Below are positions 10,701-17,180 of a DNA stretch of 30,496 nucleotides, in pieces. Each line of letters opens with the position of its first letter. The stretch's first letter is position 1. The position numbers and the translations under genes were made by a program. The notes below the pieces were generated by a model. That model did not search any database. It saw nothing but the letters and a program-made list of their open reading frames with translations, and was not told the origin of the DNA. This DNA comes from a virus (Duplodnaviria; Caudoviricetes), in IMG/VR virus record IMGVR_UViG_3300005805_000313, positions 1 through 30,496 of that record; one strand, 5' to 3'.

Positions 10701-13700
10701 ATAACCTGCTGTGGGCAATGCAGTGTCTGTGGGTATTTCTGTGGTCACTGGCAAAATGTCAGGTGATGTGATTTTGTAACTCTCACGCCAGATGTCTGAC
10801 ACCAAGATGGTTTGATCAGCCACACTGCTTTGTTGAGGCTCGATGATTTGTACCAGGCTGGGGTTGGAATCCAACAACGCACGATTCAACTGTAGTTGGA
10901 AATAACTGCGATTGGCATTGGCACCGTACACAGCACGTTGCACAGCCCAGTTTTCATAGATGTCATAGTCGGCAGATTCTTTGCCCAGGTTGGCCTGCGA
11001 GAACAATTCAGCACTGAGTATGGTGCCTTTGCTGCCAAGAAACTGTCGGTACACATTGAGTTGGCTGACATCATCCAGGTTCAAACTGGCCATGTACTGG
11101 CGTGGACGGAAACCAATCAGGCCATAACTTAACAGGTCGTTGTCACTTTCAAGATTGGCCGTGTTGATGTTGTAACTGTTTTGCAATTGATCGGCCTTGT
11201 TGGCCAAGTTGGGCAACAATCCCAGTTCAATCTGAGTGTAGTCACTGACCAACCAGTTGTTGGCATTGAACACTGCTGTGGGCTGCACAATGGCAGCGGC
11301 TGACCAGTAGCCACCTTTGTACCGCACAATTTCGCCCTTGGTGTAGGTGCTGTAAGGATTCCATTCTTGAACATTGTCTTGGTTGAGAATAAAACCCTGT
11401 GCATCAACATTGCCGTTCCACTCAGTGGTATTGGCAGCAATCAGGGTCAATCTACTTTGACGAGCACCGGTAATGGGTTGATAAATCAAATCACCAAACA
11501 CACTGGCATTGTTCAACACAATCATGTGTTCGTACGATGTGTATTTGAGATCAATGTAACTCAGTGTTTGATCTGTGGCTGGCTCCACAGTAAACGTGTT
11601 GTCCAGGCGTGTGATGATGAGATTGCGTGTGGGCAGTTCAGTGCGATTTTGATCCAACAATATGTTTTCATTGGTTTGTGCTGCTATGCTGTCAACCACG
11701 GCCTGTGGTCGAGATATCTGCAGTCTAAATGCCAAAGGATTGAGGTTGATCAAGGCATTGTTATCCCAGCCCTGTTGACTCCAATACAAAAACTCAGTGA
11801 CCATTTGCCCCCAGTTCAAGATGTAGCCATTGTCAAGATCGTCAAACACCAGCCCTTGTTTTTCCAAATACTTGCCATAACTTAACAAAAACGTGCTCAC
11901 AGCAGTTTCGTTGGCAAATATAAATCCATATGGTACTTGTTCTACCACATCAGTGTAGAACGTGGGCACTTGCACCGTGGCGCCAGCCACTGAATAAGTT
12001 TGTAATTGGCCCACATACTGACCCTGCAACACATTGAAATAGGGCTGTGAAGTACTGTATCCAAACACAGCGTATCCGCCTGTGACTTTTTGTACCACCA
12101 CAGATGAATAACTGGCACGATCAAATGGTTGGTTTTTGTACAGCACCAAGTCATAACTTTCATCAGGAATCAACAGAGTGGTGTTGGTGCTGTTGGGGCT
12201 GCTTTTCTCTGTGTAAATTTTGATATACTGTTTGTCTGAAAAACTGGCCATTCTGTAACACAGGCGTACATCAAGAAAATCAAGGTCAGCCGTTAGTTGG
12301 TCAGTGCTGTTGAGTCCACTTTGACGATTGTAGTCCACGATCCAGTTGATGTAACTGGCTTTGCTGACACCGTTGCCGTAGACTTCAATGTCTCTGGCAT
12401 TCAATCTATATCTATTGTTGTACAGGTACTGGTTGAATTCTGAGTTGAACCGGTACAGGTCCCTGTCGGCAAACAGTGCAAAAAACTTGGCTGGACGAGT
12501 CAAGGCCAACAGTCGCATGGCCGAGAAAGGATAGGCACTGCTGTTCCACCATGATGCTTCAACTGGGCCACCGTCGCCCAGTGCCCAACTCTTGCGGAAT
12601 GTTTGATTGCTATAGGTTCCCACCACTGCGTCAAAAGGACTCAACAGCGCACCCTCGTCACTGGTGGGAATGACTGCAGTCAATCCTGGTCTTGCATAAG
12701 CAGGCGCATAGTGTGGATCCAAAGGATCGGCCACAAAGCCAGCAGCCAAGTCGTCCCACAACACCAAGTTGTCTTGAGTGTATGGTCCTGCACCATACAC
12801 AGTGTCCCACCAGTCAGGTTTGATGGTCAGCCCCAGCATTTCCCAAGGTGTGAGTTCAGGCTGCTGCGTGTCATAGTAGTAACGATAAATGCCGCGCCAG
12901 GCACCTGGCAATACAGCGTTGTCTAGTCGACTTTGACTACCACTGTAGTTCCATGAAAATTCATTGCTGGCCGAATAGTCTTGTGCTTTGTAATCCAGTT
13001 TGTTCCAGGCCACATAACTTAAAAAGTCAGTGGCTAGGACGTTGTTGATGTCAGTTTCACTGTAACCAGTTGATCTAAACTGTCCTGGTATGACATCGCT
13101 GAGTTCGATGGGCACAGGATTTCCATCCAGTTTCAAGTTGTTGAATATTCTGGTTTCAAACTCCAACAACACATCATCTCTGATGTCGTCAAAGGTTGGG
13201 GTAATGCTGCCGTCGTGACCAACAATCACAGACTGTGTGCCTGAACTGGTTTTTTGCACCACAATCTCTGGACGCCATGCCGGATACAGTCCCAGTTTGG
13301 TGGGTGTGTTGGGCACAAAACTGCCGTATGTTTCGGCGTATTCCTGCAGCAACAACACATCGCCCAGGGCCAGATCAACCAATACTGTAATTCGTGGACC
13401 ATCAGTGGCCACCACATAGTCTTGATCACGAGTGAGAATAACATCGTTCAAGTACACATTCATGCCAAGATAATTGGCTGATGTATAGTTGTAAACTTGT
13501 ATGGTATCAAATGTGTTGGTGGTGGTATTAGACACTGTGTATGTTGTGGTCTGATACACTGCACCCGAAGCAATCATGTCACTCCAGTAGAACGGTTGTG
13601 TTTCTACTCGTCCCAGGGTTATGGTTTGTATTGCAGCATCCAACACGTCACTGACAGTGTCTGTGGGTTGAACCACGGAATTGACCACGGCATTGAGCAT

Positions 13701-16700
13701 TTGTCCTTTGAACTTCAAATATTCATTGCTGTTGTACTGTAGGCTGGCAAAGATGTTGTACTGTTCACTGCGCAAAAAATATCCAGCCAAGGTCAGTGGT
13801 GCGCTTTGTTGCAGTATGGTTTCGCCATAGGGCACGATGTTGCCTAGGTCTCTGCTGTTGTTGGCGCCTGAAATTGGTCCCAACAACTGGGACAAATTCT
13901 CACAAATACTTTCATACTGTGTGCGAATGGTACCCAGAGTAAAACTTGGACTGTTGCCATTCAAGGGATTGTTTTGCAAGTTGATGGGCACTTGATAAAA
14001 TCCCACTGAACTGGTTTGATCACTCAGCACCAGTACTTCAATTACGTCAGTGGGCAAATAAGTTTCATTCAATGTTATGGTTGTGCTGTTGGTGCTCACA
14101 ACATAACTGTATTGATTTGATTTGAGAAACTGTGCTCCCACGTAAACTTTGACTGGTGGCAGCACAGTGGTAGTACCAGCGGCCACATCAAGTTTCAGTG
14201 TCTGCCCAGTGTATGCAAATTTAAATTGCTGATATTGCTGACTGGTGGCAGCGGCAGTTTGCCAGCCAATGAGTTTGACAAAAGCAGTGCGAGAGGCATA
14301 CTCTCTTGCAGCACCTGAACTAATATCCAATGTGGTTGATACATTGTCTCTCACATACAAGAATGTGTCTTTGTACAAGTTGTTTTCAAACACAATGTCA
14401 CCAACGTTGTTGATGTTTAGATACTGCAATGGAAATTGCAACACAGGATCCAATATGGTGGTATCCCCCAATGCATAACTGAACAGTTTGCTGCCCACAA
14501 ATGTGCTTGAGGGGTACGTGACTCTGTTGCCAAAACTGATGCCATTTAAATCATACACATTGAACAATGGCGCTTGTTGTATGGCCGTTTTTTGTTGTGC
14601 TTCAGTCCAAGAAACCCCGTCATACCAAAAAGTCACTCCAGGATAGGTGTTGCCCGCCAAACACACAGTTGATTGATCAACTAGCACATCGCCATCTTCG
14701 GCCAGCACTAGATGTATGATAGGCTGTGCAATCAAAGGAGGCACAGTGTCGGGAGTAATGAATTGTACTGTGTAAATTTTATTGCGTACATTTGGATCTT
14801 CGTCAGAGGCAAAAATCACTCTGCTGCCATCAACCAAGGTGTATCCATCTGCAGTGTATCCTGTGCTGCCTTCGATATTGCTGAAAGCATCAGTTTCTGA
14901 GAAATCAATGATCTCTACCGGCTGTTTGCCTTCGGTACCCATGTTGTACAATCTGATGTCAGGTCTAAAACTGATGATAGGGCGTTTGGCTCGATAGTTG
15001 TTGTCCAGCACAGCCACAACATTGTTGTAATCTGCTGTGGCCAACAATACATCTACATGGAACCAGCGATTGCTACGAGTCCAAGGGTTCAAATCTTTGC
15101 TGGCCCGATCAATAGTGAGATAGTCTGGTTGATTGGGTTCTGATGCAATGGTGCTGTCATTTGCATCTTCCACATAACTTTCAGGTGTGATAAAATTTCT
15201 AACTGGTAGCAACTCAATTGCAGTACCCACTCCAGCCACATAGTATTCATTGTTGCTGATGGCTGTGGCTGTGTTTTGATATGCATCTGTTGTCAAAATC
15301 ACAGCAGCGCCGTCGGCCACTGTGCTTATAGAAAATTGAATGCCATTGGCTGCTATACTTTTGATGTAGTAAATCTGTCCTTCAATCACACCATTGCCAG
15401 TGACTGGGAATATAATTTGCTCACCTTCGTACAGTCCTGCTGTGGTCTCACAGGTAAAGTAATTGCTGCCAGCAGTGGTACTAATACAAACCACTGACGT
15501 GGTACCTGATCCATAACTGGCAGGAACAACGTCACCAGTGAATCTGACCTTGAGTCCGTTGGTGAATGTCACACCATTGGGTGACGTATAATTGGGTTGT
15601 CCCAGTATTTGATCAATAAATGTTGTGCTGGACTCAACAGGATCCAACAACAAGATGCGTCCAAAAATTTCTGGATCAGTGCCATCCTGGTAATACAATG
15701 TGTCAAACGTTGCAGTCAACAAGGGAATTTGTTGAAAATATCCTGCTGCAATTTTGTACCAACTGGTATTACTGTAAGTTACACCATAACTGATAGTAAA
15801 TTTTTCATTGACACCAACTGTGGCAACACTGACCAGATTGATATAGTCAATGCCACCCACTGTGTTGATCACAATTTGATAAACATTGGTGTCGTTGTCA
15901 TCGTTGACAAATACCAACGTTCTGGTGCTCAAGTATGTGATACCATCAATGCCACCATAAGTGGCAATGAATGTGTCCAAGGGTTGATTGTTGATTTGAC
16001 TGTATTCTAGAGTGGTCAGCAAATCAATTGGTCCTACATCAGACAAATTGTAGTAAAATTGTTGTGCAGTTTTGAGTGGTGCATTGAATGAAACAATGCC
16101 AAGATCGTCACCGTTGTTGGTCACACCAAACACATCTCGGTTGCCGATGTTGGGTGTGGCAGGGACTACTCCTGCCACTCCTGGTGAGGTTTGTATCCAA
16201 AATCCAGAGCCTGTTCCTGGGGTACCATCCACAATCTCAAGCACACCTTGAAGGTTGATCTGATTTTCACTGACATAGTACAAGGTATCTGGTGCATCTT
16301 GAGGCACTGTGAATGTTACTAAACCAAAACTGCTGCCATTGCGTGTGACGCCAGAGTTATAAGCATTGCCTTTGCCCAGAGTCTGTGCAGTTTTGATCCA
16401 AAAAGGATACACACCGTTGAGTGTGACGTTGAACACATAAGTGTTGCCCCGTACCAGAGTCAAAGTAGGATTGGGCTGTTGATCTATAAGATACGAAGAG
16501 GTGCTGTTGTTTGACACCCGATAGTTCACTGTCTCTGTGGCATTTTGAGCCACTTGGAATGTGTAACTGCCACCGCGCACCAGGTTGATGGTGGGATTGT
16601 CTCCTGACACACCTGAAAAAGTATAAACACCATTGGCTCTTGTGACCACAAAGTTGGCCGAAGTAGGCACACCGGCAGCGGCAACATCCACTGTTTGAGG

Positions 16701-17117
16701 GCCTTCGGGTACCCAAAAGTATTGACTGAAGTTTACAAAACTGTCATAGTCAATAAAAGGATCCCAGGTATAGTATTCACTGTTGTACAGTTGATCTGGT
16801 CTATTTTGATCTCCGCCTTGGAATCCAATGGCATCATTAATGCCCGGATAAGTTATGACATTTTTGATGTTGTCTGTGTCAGGTTCTAGACTGACAATGC
16901 CAGGCTCCAACTGATAATCTTGACGTGTTTTGTCCGGTTCAACCACATAAGCATCATTGGGGTTGACCCCTGGTCCTACTGTACGACCAATAAATCCCTG
17001 TGTCTTTTTGAACTTGGGCTCCTGAACCATCTGATCCAGCGTGGCCGCCAAGAATTGTTTGTTGACTGGGGTTTGAAATATCTGTGGAAGAAAATCAACT
17101 GATCTTGTACGTGCCAT
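1740..17117 (-). CDS. Giant baseplate wedge / multidomain adhesin protein (5125 aa), positional and motif equivalent of T4 gp7
   Basis: Uninterrupted 15.4-kb ORF coupled to gp6 by a TAATG overlap. IQEVKPYH (~5530-5550) resembles the KPxH motif of gp7/P2 gpI-type wedge proteins. It has GGxGYT modules typical of T4-like baseplate proteins, seven FG-GAP-like repeats, five W/Y-rich CBM5/12-like repeats and about eleven V-x-V-x-G...DY modules. Confidence 0.75.
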   Translation of the reverse strand: MARTRSVDFLPQIFQTPVNKQFLAATLDQMVQEPKFKKTQGFIGRTVGPGVNPNDAYVVEPDKTRQDYQLEPGIVSLEPDTDNIKNVITYPGINDAIGFQGGDQNRPDQLYNSEYYTWDPFIDYDSFVNFSQYFWVPEGPQTVDVAAAGVPTSANFVVTRANGVYTFSGVSGDNPTINLVRGGSYTFQVAQNATETVNYRVSNNSTSSYLIDQQPNPTLTLVRGNTYVFNVTLNGVYPFWIKTAQTLGKGNAYNSGVTRNGSSFGLVTFTVPQDAPDTLYYVSENQINLQGVLEIVDGTPGTGSGFWIQTSPGVAGVVPATPNIGNRDVFGVTNNGDDLGIVSFNAPLKTAQQFYYNLSDVGPIDLLTTLEYSQINNQPLDTFIATYGGIDGITYLSTRTLVFVNDDNDTNVYQIVINTVGGIDYINLVSVATVGVNEKFTISYGVTYSNTSWYKIAAGYFQQIPLLTATFDTLYYQDGTDPEIFGRILLLDPVESSTTFIDQILGQPNYTSPNGVTFTNGLKVRFTGDVVPASYGSGTTSVVCISTTAGSNYFTCETTAGLYEGEQIIFPVTGNGVIEGQIYYIKSIAANGIQFSISTVADGAAVILTTDAYQNTATAISNNEYYVAGVGTAIELLPVRNFITPESYVEDANDSTIASEPNQPDYLTIDRASKDLNPWTRSNRWFHVDVLLATADYNNVVAVLDNNYRAKRPIISFRPDIRLYNMGTEGKQPVEIIDFSETDAFSNIEGSTGYTADGYTLVDGSRVIFASDEDPNVRNKIYTVQFITPDTVPPLIAQPIIHLVLAEDGDVLVDQSTVCLAGNTYPGVTFWYDGVSWTEAQQKTAIQQAPLFNVYDLNGISFGNRVTYPSSTFVGSKLFSYALGDTTILDPVLQFPLQYLNINNVGDIVFENNLYKDTFLYVRDNVSTTLDISSGAAREYASRTAFVKLIGWQTAAATSQQYQQFKFAYTGQTLKLDVAAGTTTVLPPVKVYVGAQFLKSNQYSYVVSTNSTTITLNETYLPTDVIEVLVLSDQTSSVGFYQVPINLQNNPLNGNSPSFTLGTIRTQYESICENLSQLLGPISGANNSRDLGNIVPYGETILQQSAPLTLAGYFLRSEQYNIFASLQYNSNEYLKFKGQMLNAVVNSVVQPTDTVSDVLDAAIQTITLGRVETQPFYWSDMIASGAVYQTTTYTVSNTTTNTFDTIQVYNYTSANYLGMNVYLNDVILTRDQDYVVATDGPRITVLVDLALGDVLLLQEYAETYGSFVPNTPTKLGLYPAWRPEIVVQKTSSGTQSVIVGHDGSITPTFDDIRDDVLLEFETRIFNNLKLDGNPVPIELSDVIPGQFRSTGYSETDINNVLATDFLSYVAWNKLDYKAQDYSASNEFSWNYSGSQSRLDNAVLPGAWRGIYRYYYDTQQPELTPWEMLGLTIKPDWWDTVYGAGPYTQDNLVLWDDLAAGFVADPLDPHYAPAYARPGLTAVIPTSDEGALLSPFDAVVGTYSNQTFRKSWALGDGGPVEASWWNSSAYPFSAMRLLALTRPAKFFALFADRDLYRFNSEFNQYLYNNRYRLNARDIEVYGNGVSKASYINWIVDYNRQSGLNSTDQLTADLDFLDVRLCYRMASFSDKQYIKIYTEKSSPNSTNTTLLIPDESYDLVLYKNQPFDRASYSSVVVQKVTGGYAVFGYSTSQPYFNVLQGQYVGQLQTYSVAGATVQVPTFYTDVVEQVPYGFIFANETAVSTFLLSYGKYLEKQGLVFDDLDNGYILNWGQMVTEFLYWSQQGWDNNALINLNPLAFRLQISRPQAVVDSIAAQTNENILLDQNRTELPTRNLIITRLDNTFTVEPATDQTLSYIDLKYTSYEHMIVLNNASVFGDLIYQPITGARQSRLTLIAANTTEWNGNVDAQGFILNQDNVQEWNPYSTYTKGEIVRYKGGYWSAAAIVQPTAVFNANNWLVSDYTQIELGLLPNLANKADQLQNSYNINTANLESDNDLLSYGLIGFRPRQYMASLNLDDVSQLNVYRQFLGSKGTILSAELFSQANLGKESADYDIYENWAVQRAVYGANANRSYFQLQLNRALLDSNPSLVQIIEPQQSSVADQTILVSDIWRESYKITSPDILPVTTEIPTDTALPTAGYVNLNDVDITVFDINNTDSLDANIDNIGVGTNIWVAKINAYDWAIYRSQSVPGTIAHVCDNLDGTSRVIFSEQHGLVVNDKLIIRFFDPEVNGVYTVLSVPSLDTVLVAFSFSGSRTIVNGTGLGFTLETQRVAQASDVLSLPYANAIQPGAQVWVDDNGAGLWSVLQKQEVFSELLNLSPVEVDEGEQYGSAVAQAQNRYAALVGSPRYRFPAGATEWNIANAYAGDAIVFVPDPYQTEFFIANVGGTPAPVPQGISIYNTAYWTAYSLNSLPRRGGVYVYVRSDSNVYTPISALAPNDAVLSLAVTDPVSGQSAAREYGASVDFGNQTWAAAGAPGSLGAGGLGTPDNGYAVVIYRDPQLAAPGNIPYGQWQLLTTPGSLFAAEEFGHSVAVSQDERWLYVGAPGANAVYAYGRVDWSRQILQVLGTGDTIDYYIGGIIQIDADTQLTVSVAGDEQILNTDYTVVDGLTTVRFVTAPAAGDAVEIFRTSRKILDYEIYRALPGTGGTGSDAMFDVTRLRGTVQVFIVDGGTGYTTGNTITIPAASFGGGASPANDITFTVTDTAGVITAINGTPSYTPPTLTTQFSLNEYLYTVQNIYSFSVLVDDVLQRPEIDYTFSGDSTLGNDINFVNSPAAGSTILIRAEGYFQYAGTITDAASVAGDRFGHTVSTSTDGRQILIGAPNRTVTSDAQAGSVYVYDRNVQRFIYGTDGSTVQFTVLGAVAEPVSVLVNGTFFVNEANAEPDADNAFTVNGNTITISNANLTVGDIIEIETNEFQLVQIINQNTVEEFSNYGYATDLCSYNCSLYVGAPNSSVQQFKSGAVERLVNQSLAYGITQCGNPLGALNSGDTLRVNNQDVTVPSAWSSITSYPVNTVVYSTVTPITTIYVSLQSVPAATALTNTSYWRVVETTTVVASVDYRALAAQINIDVPNVTASVDADGHLTIAVKNSAAAPVGAKLSVLPGSVGTAFYDIDFTTYRFTQTIVSPYPVDFAGFGTSVSIDDSAVNLVVGAPRGTLYLITVFDLDTTDFDEGATDFFDQIIQSGAVYTYDLLNSANGSVTNPDKFVFGQQIDNPDVASYDQYGTAVNYTDGVLFTGAPGNELGDSTLVANYGRVFVSVNPDRVPAWTVLRVQQPVVDVRLLNSVYSYDQVTSAVTQYYDFFNPLQGKILGAARQNIDYIGAIDPASYNIGPTNIRGTTWGAGHVGEVWWDTSTVRFIDPNQDDLVYASRRWGQVFPGSTVDVYQWIVSTVPPAAYTGPGIPLTTLSYVINTVLNPQGIFNTEYYFWVRGITSTATQKGKTLPVSTVANYIENPRASGITYIAPINASTIALYNAADYIDAEDTIISIEFDREFTNDNVHVEYELIAQGRADAWLSNGLYRKLQDSFCGVDTAGNLVPDVNLGPAQRYGVQFRPRQSMFVNRFAALKNYLERANTVLAQFPISENRTFVLLNSADPEPSAITTVNGVSTVNWNKRVVDLEILGFQKINEVALGYKYLVASDSRNRGLWTIYQVVETTTSAGVIRELQLERVQNYDTRQYWNYINWYLPGYNTSSKVIAEVVNYTALITLDVAVGSSVRVTANGQGKWEIYLRTLTGWDRVGLQDGTIEFSAELWDYALGRFGFDVEVFDAQYFDQEPVIETRKIIQAINEELFIDDLLIERNRALTLMFDFVLSEFAAPEWLIKTSLIDVEHRIRALLPFQNYVRDNQEFVLDYIQEVKPYHVQIREFNLRYSGFNEWLGDMTDFDLPAYYDTSTDIPQFTSPILLPYDHGTAFNSQTNNLSDVPADSTVWSSFPYNQWYNNYLLTLDSVALIAGGSGYTEPPSVIITANPNDPAPTETATATAILNSQGQVAFINVTNPGLGYRSTPTVTFEGGGGTGTGATAYPRMTNDVVRQFRTVIRYDRFQYQTTVQTWSSSGTYESGTLVRYLDRVWSANPADSSAVVGPTFDLENWTEVDPATYTYPGVAYPTGLTGVDRTMGLYVPGVNQPGLELPLLVDGIDYPGVQVWGDYFTGTQTLDADYQSEFADIYLGERFSDINVNGGEFVGPYEGHAPEELVNGAEYDTMDLRVYTRPGSDWTFNGHGFQIGTRRYEYDPVITSTFSWANIVDYPFKVIVSNLTTGLVLNQDIDYTVNWTDQTITILANVVSDDIVNIDVYEIGGGSQLYRANYTGAEIASTAVIVPVNYAQLVEAAVFINGDLVSNAVDLEPYTDSIPYDIDLEYQSLDIVYNNNEITVTSTNGTSNLVTCNDTSALTVGQPVVFAGTGFGGIVIGQTYYVQNIISGTQFAISSIAGAITPDVLTTASGTMTGQPRGAYYRAIQAVPPGIVLTDTAYWLPFVPTQRTRIFINDSFTANDGIAIVVLGDATSVPVTDTQQSDNAIVLLGSLTSLSVGQTVTFSGYSLGGVETNVEYEILTIVDDSINAITITQDGVTEVSLIDDQATWTGELTAKFTPTDYQSWSTPVVETFVVDGFIQTNGAVTLQQAPTGTNPANMVVNVNGIRLTGPTCIEWIGDGTTNSFGLPQRMGASFLQSSIDAVNDIQVYVNGVVQKQSFGAEDGVYSVTNWDGSNTPGRQVVFENNPQSGDVILIAVSTLAECLFDYNASGPTFSAELQIVSPLNLNDVVEVITWNDTTQQNIATLTFQGPVQTGLTITEPYDTTDYDSPTLNDPLQPLPGEFDAETGVTNNINDFDLLRNDINGNRLWVTLDGLRIFEGSDYTIDGQYLILASGVIGTGQQLVVTEFTNSIVPEAAAFRIFQDMRGIQATYRMTTATTTALAQNLSATADTIYVVDASALTEPDLPAGYFGVITIGGERIMYRNRDIVANTVSGLQRGTAGTGAAAHNAGDAVYDIGRGNLLNQSYQDYVIKDSSMGDGTTTVFYAPNIDVSDFGDSSTIYVESIEVYVGGTRQYNVNQTAAESQYRYFVTDFGPLAIEFDGPAPAAGSEVTILQRRGVTWYAPGVGTPSDGVALQETDTIAARFLCDR

Positions 17118-17180
17118 TAATAACCTCCACCGCCGCCACCGCCGCTGCCACCGCCACCATTGCCTGAACCACCACTGCTT
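17117..17180 (-). repeat. Gly/Ser low-complexity C-terminal tail of gp6 (GGT/GGC codon run)
   Basis: Encodes SSGGSGNGGGGSGGGGGGGY; seen as ccgccaccg repeats on the plus strand. Confidence 0.85.

Noticed and set aside
1740-17117. Diversity-generating retroelement target, intein or intron in the giant gene
   Set aside because: I saw no reverse transcriptase, no adenine-variant repeat pair, no intein splice or LAGLIDADG/HNH motifs and no frame interruption. Checked by eye only.
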